From: Candidatus Bathyarchaeota archaeon
Lineage (GTDB): Archaea > Thermoproteota > Bathyarchaeia > Bathyarchaeales > Bathycorpusculaceae
Direction of reading: 5' to 3'
Length of the DNA: 64,000 nucleotides
Assembly (NCBI GenBank): GCA_963806535.1
Contig: CAWDYC010000005.1
Location: forward strand, 128,001-192,000
The position numbers and the translations under genes are program-made. Every line of letters begins with the position of its first letter. The first letter of the stretch is position 1. Below, piece after piece: positions 42,521 through 53,089 of this stretch. Under the pieces are notes generated by a model. It ran no database searches, was not told where the DNA came from, and was given only the letters and a program-made list of their open reading frames with translations.

Positions 42521-42540
42521 TTGTGACATTTATGTCACAA
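42521..42540. promoter_or_regulatory. Perfect palindrome immediately upstream of the lysW TATA-like box
   Basis: TTGTGACAT-TT-ATGTCACAA; TATTTAAT on the minus strand at 42513..42520. Confidence 0.55.
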
Positions 42541-42723
42541 ATTAAGCTATATGTGTTCTATTTGGTACAATTAGCCTTTCTGAATCAGGCAGAAAATCTG
42601 AGACCGATTTCCAGAAGGACATTGAAAAGATCATTAAGCTGTCCAATGTGTATTTGGCAAAGGCGATTTTTTGGATGAATGTTTAGGAAACGTTTAAGTG
42701 GGTTGTAAACAGTACTGTTTACG

Positions 42724-42954
42724 GTGGTTTATTTGGCTCAAGTACAATTGCGTCTTCCACAAAAAACACTCGAAGAAATAGACAAATGGGTAGCGGAAGG
42801 CCGCTTCAAAAACCGAAGCGACGCCATAAAATCAATCATCAGCCACTACCAAGAACGCGAAAAAACATGCAACTTCTTTAACATGCTCCTGAAGCGAAGC
42901 GAAGAAGCAAAACAACACCCAGAATCCCTCATCCCCATAGAGGAAATAGAGTGA
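42724..42954 (+). CDS. Ribbon-helix-helix antitoxin
   Basis: VQLRLP..LEEIDKWV.EG.FKNRSDAI; overlaps the toxin gene. Confidence 0.8.
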   Translation: MVYLAQVQLRLPQKTLEEIDKWVAEGRFKNRSDAIKSIISHYQEREKTCNFFNMLLKRSEEAKQHPESLIPIEEIE

Positions 42955-43220
42955 CTTTCAAAGTACTCCTGCACCCTAAAGCAGCAAAAGAACTCCAAAA
43001 AACAGAAAAACATATCCGAACCAGAATAATCGAGAGCGCAAAACAACTTCGTGAAAACCCCGACAAAATCGGAAAACCCCTAAAGCAATCAGATTTCTGG
43101 AGCCTAAGAGTAGGCGACTATCGAGTCATCTACGAAATAGACCAAAACAAAAAACAAGTAGTCATTCTTTTTATCGGGCATAGAAGCAAAGTGTACGATG
43201 ACTTTTCAAAAATGCTCTGA
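42951..43220 (+). CDS. relE: RelE/ParE-family toxin
   Basis: WSLRVGDYRVIYEID...IGHRSKVY. Confidence 0.85.
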   Translation: MTFKVLLHPKAAKELQKTEKHIRTRIIESAKQLRENPDKIGKPLKQSDFWSLRVGDYRVIYEIDQNKKQVVILFIGHRSKVYDDFSKML

Positions 43221-43513
43221 TATTACGATATTTCTTGATTAAACTTTCTTGTTTTTTGTTTCCTGAAGCAAATAACCAAAGTAGCAACAATCCCAATTAT
43301 TATTACTTCTGGAATAGTGGCAACAGTTGCGATTGTAAAAGGTGCTAGCTTTGAGTTCTTTTCCTCATTTTCCGTGCACTTCTTACTTTGCCTAATCCCG
43401 TTTGACTATTAATTTTATTGGTTTTTCTACTTTTTCAGTAAACCCTACTTGACGTAGTAATATATAGTATGTATAATAATACTTTAAATAGACCAGACAT
43501 GCAAGGAGAAAAA

Positions 43514-44083
43514 ATGAAAGAAAAAACAAATCATGTAAATGTCAAAGAGATGAATTTTGATCAATTATTTAAACAAATTTCTCCGGAAGAGATATGCGAC
43601 AATGTATTTACGTTGGTAGGAAAAGTTTTTCCGGTTATTACTGCGGGCAAGGAAGATCATTATAATTCCATGACAGCCAGTGGGGGTGGTTTGGGGATTC
43701 TTTTCAAGAAACCCACCACTTGGTGTATTCTTCGAGCAGACCGTTATACGCTTGAAATGATTCAAAAAGAGCAAACATATACGATGTCTTACTTCCCGAA
43801 TGAATATAAGGAACAAATACTCTTTTTGGGAAGTAAATCAGGAAGAGATAGTGAGAAAATGAAAGAAGTTGAATTGACAAGTGTTCAAACTCCTTCCGGA
43901 GATATGTCTTTCAAAGAAGCCAGACTAATTATTGAATGTAAATTAACGGAAATTACTACCCCCAATCCCAATGATTTTTACACACAAGAAGCTAAAGACT
44001 ATATAAACGAAGCTTACAAAGAAGCAAACGATTATCGCAAATATGTATTTGGGGAAATCACCCATGTTTGGGTAAAGAAATAA
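43514..44083 (+). CDS. Flavin reductase-like FMN-binding protein
   Basis: ITAG...NSMTASGGGLG, RYT, GSKSGRD and FKEARLIIECK motifs. Start uncertain (43469-43514). Confidence 0.75.
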   Translation: MKEKTNHVNVKEMNFDQLFKQISPEEICDNVFTLVGKVFPVITAGKEDHYNSMTASGGGLGILFKKPTTWCILRADRYTLEMIQKEQTYTMSYFPNEYKEQILFLGSKSGRDSEKMKEVELTSVQTPSGDMSFKEARLIIECKLTEITTPNPNDFYTQEAKDYINEAYKEANDYRKYVFGEITHVWVKK

Positions 44084-44100
44084 GAATAAACCAGAATTAA

Positions 44101-44128
44101 CGAAGAGAATGATTAGTCATTCTCTTCG
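44101..44128. terminator. Perfect hairpin downstream of the flavin reductase gene
   Basis: CGAAGAGAATGA-TTAG-TCATTCTCTTCG, 12-bp stem. Confidence 0.45.
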
Positions 44129-44575
44129 TCATCATACAAATTATCCAATTCAAAAAATATGCTCCTAACTTTGACAATGCGTCACCCAAATCGACCTTAA
44201 CTTTTGAGAAATCGTATATTCGATTTGAAATTCGATTTTCTCGAAATGAGGATTTTTTATTCGATCCTCAGGCTGATATCCTCCCAGAATTTTTGGTCAA
44301 AAAGCTTCGCAATCATCCTGTGCTTGTCTGTTATTAACATGGTTTTGGAGACGCTTGTTTGGTTCAGCGGGCATCTTTACTTTTTATGGTGGTAATTGTT
44401 TTGGCTATACTCAAGACCTTGTCAACGCTTAGTTTGATGCCGCTTAAGACCAAAATGTTTGTCATAAAATGGTTCTTGTCAAGGTTTCTGAACTAAACTT
44501 CGATTTTTTAGTCAAAATTTCTTGACTTTTGAGTTAACATACAGTTAAATATTATTATAAACCTTTGAGGTATGG

Positions 44576-45031
44576 GTGTCATGCTTGCCTATAACTCAAG
44601 TAAGTGTCTTTCTTGATAATCATCCGGGCTCCCTTTTTGACGTTATGTCAAAGCTTGATCAAAACAAATTGAAAGTCTTCGCATTGTCAATTGCGGATGC
44701 AGGCGAGTTTGGCTTGGTCAGGTTGATAACTGAAGAACCTGAAAAAGCTACAAAGTTCTTGGAAGATGCCGAATTTAACCTTGCCAAATCCAAGAAGAAC
44801 ACGGAAGTAACGGCGATTTTCATATCTGCTCAGGAAACGCTATCAAAAATAACAAAGATTTTGGGTGACGCTGGCATAAACATAGAGTATGCTTATTCAT
44901 CAGCTGTCCACGTGGACGGCAAAGTAGCGTTGATATTGCGCCCAAGCAATGTAGAGAAAGCAGAGCAAATGTTAACTGCTAACGGCGTTGCAGTTCTTTC
45001 GCTTGCTGAAATCAAAAAATACTTTCAATAA
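44576..45031 (+). CDS. Double ACT-domain protein (PaaK/Ior-associated family)
   Basis: QVSVFLDNHPG, ALSIAD.GEFGLVRL and GINIEYAY motifs. Confidence 0.85.
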   Translation: MSCLPITQVSVFLDNHPGSLFDVMSKLDQNKLKVFALSIADAGEFGLVRLITEEPEKATKFLEDAEFNLAKSKKNTEVTAIFISAQETLSKITKILGDAGINIEYAYSSAVHVDGKVALILRPSNVEKAEQMLTANGVAVLSLAEIKKYFQ

Positions 45032-45178
45032 TTAGTTTTCTTAGCCTACTTCTATAATTGTTAAGAGAGCTAATCTACCGTTTTTTGTGAAGTTAAGCTC
45101 CACAAAGTAATTAAATCAGACGATAAGCGTTAATTTATCGCGTTAGATACGACGGATACTTAGAAGGTTAAAGCCAGA

Positions 45179-47948
45179 ATGGGAACATTAAATCTTGATA
45201 AGATTTTCGACCCTCAAAGTGTAGCTATCGTAGGAGCCAGTGATGCGGAAGGTTCAGTTGGTTACGCAATTGTTAAAAATTTTACCCAAATGGGCTTCAC
45301 TGGCAAAGTTTACTTTGTAAACATTCGAAAGCCAGAAATTTTGGGCGTTAAAACTTACAAATCAGTTGATCAGATTCCAGAGCCAGTTGATTTGGTCATG
45401 ATTGCCACACCCGCCAAAACTGTTCCAGACGTTATGGAGGAATGTGGAAGGGCAAAGGTGAAAGGCGTAATCATTGTTTCTGCAGGATTCAAGGAAACTG
45501 GTCCAGCAGGAAAAGCTTTAGAAGAAAAAATTGTTGAAATCGCCAAGAAATATGGCATCAGAGTTATTGGTCCAAACTGCATTGGCATGATTCGTCCGCG
45601 AGTAAACCTTAACGCTACTTTTTTGGATAAAATGCCAAAACCAGGCAATGTCGCTTTTCTTTCACAAAGCGGCGCTTTAGGTTCAGCAATCCTTGATTGG
45701 GCAATCCACGAAAACATTGGTTTTAGCAATTTCGTTTCAGTCGGCTCCATGATTGACGTTGACTTTGGCGATCTTATTGATTATTTTGGTTCTGACCCAA
45801 AAACCAAAAGCATACTGATGTATGTTGAAGGCATAACTGAAGCACGCAAATTCATGAGTGCAGCAAGACACTTTGCAAGAACCAAACCCATAATTGTTGT
45901 TAAATCAGGCAAATTCGCCGAAAGCGCAAAAGCCGCAGCTTCACACACGGGTTCACTTTCAGGTGAAGATGACATTTACGATGCAGCTTTCAAACGTGCA
46001 GGTATTGTACGAGTAAACGAAATTGCTGATTTATTTAACGCAGCTGAAGTTTTAGGAACACAACCACTGCCCAAAGGTCCAAGACTTGCCATAATCACTA
46101 ACGCTGGTGGACCCGGTGTAATGGCAACTGACGCTTTGATTGCTCAAGGCGGTAAATTGGCAAAGTTAAGCCAGAAAACGATGGATTCACTTAACGCTGT
46201 TTTGCCTCCTTTCTGGAGCCACGGTAACCCAGTTGATGTTTTAGGTGATGCAAAGTCTGAGCGTTATAAGGCTGCAGTTGAAGCTTGCTTAAACGACGAA
46301 AACATTGATGGTATCTTGATTATTTTTACTCAGCAAGCAGTTTCGGAATCAGTTGAAATAGCCAAAAACATAGTTGAACTTGGTACGCAACAAAACCTAC
46401 CAGAACAAAACTATCTTAACCTCGTTTATGGGTTTTGGCGCAGTGCAAGAAGCAAACAGCATCCTTAACGCAAACAACATTCCCACTTACAGTACTCCTG
46501 AACAAGCAATCAAAACCTACATGTACATGTACAATTACCAACGCAACATTGAACTTCTCTACGAAACCCCTGAAGAACTGCCAGTTGATGCTTCACCACC
46601 AAAACGCCCAATCATGGTAATATTGAGAAACGCAGCGTTTGAAGGCCGAGAAGTTTTAACTGAAGATGAAGCTAAAAAAATTCTCAAATACTACAATTTC
46701 CCAGTCGTAAGAACCGCAGTCGCCAACAACGTGGATGAAGCAGTTGCTTTTGCCCAAGAAATGGGCTTCCCAGTTGTACTAAAGATTCTGTCACCTCAAA
46801 TCGTCCATAAAAGCGATGCAGGCGGAGTAATCCTAAACGTTAACACTCCAAACGAAGTCCGCGAAGCCTTCGAAGTGCTAATTCAAAGAGCAACCGCCTA
46901 CAACCCGAACGCCCAAATAATCGGTGTAACCGTTCAACCTATGATTGAAAAGAAAGGACAAGAAATTATCATCGGCGGAAAAACTGACCCTGTCTTTGGT
47001 CCCGTAATACTTTTCGGCATGGGCGGCGTCGGCGTTGAACTCTTCAAAGACTACTCAATTGGTCTTCCACCATTAAATACCACTCTTATTCACCGCATGA
47101 TGGAAGAAACAAAAGTTTACCGTTTACTCAAAGGCTACCGAGGTTCAGCTCCAGTTGACCTCAAAAAACTCGATGAAACTATGCTACTTTTCTCTCAGTT
47201 GCTTGTTGATTTCCCGCAAATAAAAGAAATTGACATCAATCCCCTTTTGATAAGCGAGAAAGACGCCTGCATCCTTGACGCCCGCATAGTAATTGACAAA
47301 GAAGCAGTTTGCAAGAAATTTGAACCCCACGAACACATGGTTATCAGCCCTTACCCAAAAGGACAAGAAATTCTGTGGCAACTAAAAAACGGCCAAGAAG
47401 TACTGCTACGACCCATAAAACCTGAAGATGAACCAATGTGGCTGGAAATGTTCCAAAGCTTCTCAGAAGAATCCATACGATACAGATTCTTCCAAATGCT
47501 AAAAGACACACCACATGAAGTTCGAGTCCGCTACTGCAACGTTGATTATGACAGAGAAGTCGCAATTGTCGCTGAAATGGTTGAAAATGGAAAAAGAAAA
47601 ATCCTCGGCGTAAGCCGCGTCAGCATTGAATCTGACGGAAAAAGCAGTGAAATGGCTTTCATTGTAAGCGATTACTGGCAAGGTTTAGGTTTAGGCACTA
47701 AAATGGTTGATTACGCGCTTGATATTGCAAAGGAAAAAGGCGTTGAAAGTGTTTACGCAATCATGCTGCCTGATAATTACCGAGCTTTAAGCTTAACAAA
47801 GAAAATGGGTTTCAACATTGAATACTTAAGCGATGGCACAGTCAAAGCAACACTTGACCTCAAAAACGAAGATATCGATACACGATGCTCTAGTAACAGT
47901 TGCCTGAACCTCCAAAAGAACAATCAAAACAGCAAATCACACCGGTAG
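45179..47948 (+). CDS. Acyl-CoA synthetase (NDP-forming) alpha-beta fused to GNAT acetyltransferase (Pat/PatZ-like); frameshift near 46380
   Basis: GPNCIG, SQSGA, SHTG, NPVD, HKSDAGGV and DINP motifs; C-terminal LRPIKPEDE...WQGLGLG GNAT. Confidence 0.88.
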
Positions 47949-48200
47949 AACAAGAAAAAAAGAAGTCAAAGAACAGCAAGAAATAGCATCAACCTAAAGA
48001 AAAAAACCTAATTTCTCTTTTATCCTGAAACTTAATCTTTTATTTACCAATAAAATAATTATTCTTAGCCTAAGTTCAAAAGTTAATTATTTTGCAAAAA
48101 CTTTCGTATATGGCATTAATTCTTTGCTGTATCCTTTTATATTTCGAGCTTCTGTAAATTTTGAGAAAGCGTTGAAAACAACCCTAACGGAGGATAATTT

Positions 48201-48692
48201 TTGGCAAAAGACGATAAACGACGCCTAATGCTGGAAAAAGTCCTAAAAGAACACAATTATCAGGAAAGCGCTCTTCTTGAAATATTGCATCGCGCCCAAG
48301 AAATTTATGGATACTTAGATAAAGATTTGCTTATGGATATTTCTGCTTCGCTGAATCTTCCTCCAAGCCACGTTTATGGCGTTGTAACTTTCTACAGTTT
48401 CTTTAAACTTAGAAAACCAGGCGAACATGTCGTAACTGGATGCTTAGGCACCGCCTGCTACGTTAAAGGTGTTGAGCAAATCATCGAAGCTATTGAGCAA
48501 GAATTCAACGTTAAACGAGGAGGCTCCACAGCTGATGGCAAGTTTTCTTTGCTTTTGACTCGTTGCATTGGTGCATGCGCTATGGCTCCAAACATCGTTG
48601 TTGATGACGAAGTAATTGGTAAAGCAACCAAAGAAGTGGTAATTCAAAAAATCAAAAATGCGCTCGGAGGAGTCAAATCTGAAACTAGCTGA
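48201..48692 (+). CDS. hoxE: Bidirectional hydrogenase diaphorase subunit E (NuoE-like)
   Basis: LH.AQE.YGYL, YGVVTFY, CLGTACYVKG and RCIGAC motifs. Confidence 0.85.
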   Translation: MAKDDKRRLMLEKVLKEHNYQESALLEILHRAQEIYGYLDKDLLMDISASLNLPPSHVYGVVTFYSFFKLRKPGEHVVTGCLGTACYVKGVEQIIEAIEQEFNVKRGGSTADGKFSLLLTRCIGACAMAPNIVVDDEVIGKATKEVVIQKIKNALGGVKSETS

Positions 48693-50331
48693 TCTGCAAG
48701 CATAGTTACTCAAGAACTTGAATTCCAAAGAGCCTACAAATACCGTATTAACGTGTGCTGCTCAAGCGGCTGCGTTCCTTTTGGCGCCTTTAAAGTTCTT
48801 AAAGCCTTCGAGGACGCTGTCAAAGAATTCGGCGTTGACAAGGAATGCAAAGTTGCCCGTACAGGTTGCATCGGCACCTGCTCTGTTGGTCCAGCAGTGC
48901 TTATTGAACCAGGCGACTACCTCTACCAAAGCGTTAGCCCAGAAAGAGTACGAGAAATAGTTCGCGACCACATCGTTTTAGGATTACCCGTAAAAGACAT
49001 GCTCTACAAGAACCAAGCATACTTCCAAAAGCAGCATCGGTTGGTTCTTCGTAACGCAGGAAAAATTGATCCTTCAAGAATTCAAGATTACATTTCTGCG
49101 GGCGGCTACTCTGCAATTGTTAAATGTCTTGCAACCATGACTCCGCAAGGAGTAATTTACGAAGTAGTAACCAGCGGACTCAGAGGACGAGGCGGCGCAG
49201 GTTTTCCAACAGGACAGAAATGGAGTCTTGTAGCAAGAGCACAAAACACACCCAAATACATAGTAGCCAACCTTGACGAAGGCGACCCAGGAGTCTTCGC
49301 CAACCGAACACTTGCTGAAGCTGACCCACACGCAATCATTGAAGGCATGCTTATCGCAGCCTACGCGATAGGCGCAGAGAAAGGCTACATTTACATTCGC
49401 TCTGAATATCCACTTGCAATTCAAACTCTTCAGAAAGCCATGGCCCAAGCAAAAGCCATGACTCTTTTGGGCGAAAATATTCTGGAAACACCCTTCAAGT
49501 TTGATCTTGAAGTACGACTTCGGCGCAGGAGCGTTCGTGGCTGGAGAAGAAACGGCTATTCTCGCTTCAGTTGAAGGTCGCAGAGCAATGCCTCGTCCCC
49601 GTCCACCATACCCAGCCAACTCTGGATTGTGGCAGAAACCCACACTTATCCAAAACGTGGAAACCCTAGCCAACATCCCACTCATCATTCAGAACGGCGG
49701 CTTATGGTTCCAAAAGCTGGGCACACCAAAATGCAGCGGAACAAAATGTTTCTCGTTAACAGGCAAAGTAAACAATCCTGGCTTAATCGAAGTTCCAATG
49801 GGTATAACCCTGAGAGAAGTAGTTTTTGACATTGGCGGCGGAGTACCAGACGGCAAAAAATTCAAAGCAGTCCTCGTCGGTGGACCCTCAGGCGGTTGTC
49901 TTCCAGAAACGCTCCTTGAATCACCAATTGACTATGACTCGTTAACAAAGGTTGGCGCAATCATGGGTTCAGGCGGCATAGTCGTGCTTGATGAAGATTC
50001 ATGTATGGTTGACACTGCAAGGTTCTTCACTGAATTCTGTATTGACGAATCCTGCGGCAAATGCACTCCATGCCGAGCAGGGTTAGCCCGAGTTAAGGAA
50101 GTTTTTGACAAAATAACTCACGGCCAAGGCGAAATGAGTGACATTGCAACCTTGGAGAAATCCAGTGTTTTCATCCGGGACGCCAGCCTCTGTGGTCTAG
50201 GTCAAACAGCACCCAACCCAGTGATAACCACTCTGCGTTACTTCAAAGACGAATACGTTAAACATATCATTGAAAAGCAATGTGACGCTGGAAAATGCTT
50301 CAAAACCCGAGACGAGGAGGAAGAAGCATGA
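48679..50331 (+). CDS. hoxF: Diaphorase flavin subunit (NuoF-like), probable CTG start, two frameshifts
   Basis: N-terminal CCSSGC...GCIGTC; [40 protein letters not shown] and [12 protein letters not shown] motifs. Confidence 0.88.
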
Positions 50332-51035
50332 GCATTAACCAAATTAAACTCAAAATTGACGACGTTGAAATAACAGTTCCTGAAGGCACAACAATTTTAA
50401 ACGCGGCAAAAGACATCGGCATCATAATTCCTACTCTTTGCAACGTTGAAGGCTTAACTGCTTATGGCGGCTGCCGATTGTGTCTCGTAGAAATTGGCGG
50501 CAACCCGAAACTTTTCCCAGCCTGCACAACTCCAGTTGGCCAAGGAATGGAAGTTATTACTCAATCTCCTAAACTGAAAGAGTACCGTAAAATGGCTGTA
50601 CAGATGCTGCTTGCTGAACGCACTCATATTTGCTCGGTGTGCGTAGCTAACGATCACTGTGAACTGCAAGCCATGGCAAATCAGCTTGGAGTTGACCATG
50701 TCATGTTTGAACGTAACTGGAGCCATGATGAGATCGATTCCACTCATGACTTTTTAGTTATTGACCGAAACAGATGCATCCTGTGCACCCGATGCATTCG
50801 AGTCTGCGACCAAATCGAAGGCGTCCACACTCTTGACCTTAAACTCCGAGGTAAAGACTCTCAGGTCATCATGGATCTTGATGAACCTTGGGGTAATTCC
50901 TGCTCATGCACTTCCTGCCGCAAATGCGCCAAAGTCTGCCCAGTCGGAGCCATCTACATTGAAGGCGAACCCATAGACCACACCAAAAACAAAGATATCG
51001 CCGAATTTATTACGGCGAGGAGGAACCGCAAATGA
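50328..51035 (+). CDS. hoxU: Diaphorase Fe-S subunit (NuoG N-terminal-like)
   Basis: [34 protein letters not shown] and [12 protein letters not shown] motifs. Confidence 0.9.
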   Translation: MSINQIKLKIDDVEITVPEGTTILNAAKDIGIIIPTLCNVEGLTAYGGCRLCLVEIGGNPKLFPACTTPVGQGMEVITQSPKLKEYRKMAVQMLLAERTHICSVCVANDHCELQAMANQLGVDHVMFERNWSHDEIDSTHDFLVIDRNRCILCTRCIRVCDQIEGVHTLDLKLRGKDSQVIMDLDEPWGNSCSCTSCRKCAKVCPVGAIYIEGEPIDHTKNKDIAEFITARRNRK

Positions 51036-51575
51036 CTGCAAATCAGAAAGTTAGGGTTGCAACTGTTTGGCTTAGCGGCTGTTCAGGGTGCCACATGTCC
51101 TTTCTTGACCTGGACGAACGGCTAATTGATTTAGCCAAAAAAATAACGTTGGTTCACAGTCCAATAGTGGACGTAAAAGAATTCCCGGAAAACGTTGACG
51201 TTACACTCATCGAGGGCGCAGTTGCAAACGAAGATCAATTTGCAATGCTAAAAAAAGTTCGAACAAAAACAAAAATCCTAATTTCACTTGGCGACTGCGC
51301 CGTAACTGGAAACGTTACAGCCCTGCGAAATTCATGGCGACACAGCGACCAAGCAGTTCTGGAGCGGGCATATAAAGATCCAGCCGACTTAAACGCCGCC
51401 ATCCCCACAGCCGTGCCTAAACTGCTTATCCATGCTCGTCCACTACATGAAATGGTCAAAGTTGACTTTTTTATTCCAGGATGTCCACCTCCACGCCGAC
51501 CTCATAAATTATGTTTTAACTGAATTGTTGGCTGGCCGAACACCAGTTATGGAGGGAAGATCAAAATATGGTTAA
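51032..51575 (+). CDS. hoxY: Group 3d [NiFe] hydrogenase small subunit (frameshift near 51492)
   Basis: [20 protein letters not shown] and IPGCPP motifs. Confidence 0.88.
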
Positions 51576-53009
51576 AGTGAACGCAGAGAAAAAAATTACT
51601 ATTAGTCCAATCACGCGCATCGAAGGGCACGCTCAAGTAACTATCCTGCTAAACGAAGATGACTCAGTAAAAGAAGCCCTATTCAAAGTAGTTGATTTCC
51701 GCGGATTCGAAAAATTCACCGAAGGCAGACCATTCTACGAAATGCCAAGTATAACATCAGAGCCTGCGGCATCTGCCCAGTCAGCCACCTACTTGCTTCA
51801 GCCAAAGCATGCGACGCTATCGTCGGCGTAAACCCACCAAAAACCGCCATAATGCTAAGACGTTTAATGCATATGGGTCAACTAATCCAATCACACGCAC
51901 TAAACTTTTTCCACCTCTCCTCACCCGACTTCCTTTTGGGCTTCGATTCTGACCCAGCGCAAAGAAACATTTTCGGCTTAATTGAAAAACAGCCTGAACT
52001 AGCCATGCGTGGAATAAAACTCCGCAAGTATGGACAAGAACTGATCGAAAAAATCGCTGGCAAACGCATTCATTCAAGCGAATGGATACTGCCAGGCGGC
52101 GCAAAATGGCCACTTACAAAGGAAAGAGCCGACTATCTTCGCGTCAATCTGCCTGAAGCCCTTCAGGGAGCCCAACAAACGTTGGAAATGTACAAGAAGA
52201 TGCTGGATGGCTTTGAAGAAGAGGTTGAAAACTTCGGCAATTTCCCAAGTTACTACATGGGTTTAGTAACTGCTGATGGGGGCTTAGAACATTATGACGG
52301 CACACTTACTATCGTTGACAATAACGGCAAAGTCTCTGCACAATGCGTTGATCCAACAACATACCGCGACTTCATCGGAGAAGCCGTTGAACCATGGTCT
52401 TTCATGAAGTTTCCATACTTCAAATCAGTCGGGTACCCAGACGGCGCATACAGAGTCGGACCGTTGGCAAGACTTAATGTCGCTTCTCACTGTGACACAC
52501 CGCTTGCAGACCAAGAACTAAAAGAATTCAAGAAACTAGGCAAAAATGGCGTTGTACAAAGCACGTTCCACTATCACTATGCTCGATTAATCGAAATGCT
52601 ATTCTGCCTTGAAACGGCCAAAAATTTGCTTGAAGACCCAGAAATCCTCTCTGAACACGTCACATCAAAAGCCCTAGTCAACAACTATGAAGGCGTCGGA
52701 GTGGCAGAAGCACCCAGAGGCACCCTGATTCACCACTACAAAGTCGACTCGCAAGGAATGATAACGTGGAACAACATGATAATTGCAACAGAACACAACA
52801 ACATCGCCTACAACATGGCAGTAACGCAAGTAGCCAAAAAATACGTCAAAGCAAAACAGCTTCAAGAAGGCATGCTAAACCGCGTTGAAGCAGTAATCCG
52901 CGCTTTTGACCCATGCTTAAGCTGCGCAACCCATGCAGTTGGCAAAATGCCTCTTGAAATAAAAATGTTTGACTCGAGCGGATTGCTAGTGGACCGCAAA
53001 ATTAAGTAA
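51568..53009 (+). CDS. hoxH: Group 3d [NiFe] hydrogenase large subunit (frameshift near 51760)
   Basis: [22 protein letters not shown] (after shift) and DPCLSCATH motifs. Confidence 0.9.
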
Positions 53010-53089
53010 ACATCTTTTCTTTTTTCGACAATTGATTCTTAATTAATAAATCTTAAATCTTAAAGCGACCACTTATCAGCTGTGGAAAC

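Noticed and set aside
44400-44540. TTGTC/GTCAA-rich motifs including AGTCAA-N6-TTGACT upstream of the ACT gene
   Set aside because: Short and imperfect in AT-rich DNA; I cannot distinguish them from chance without comparative data.
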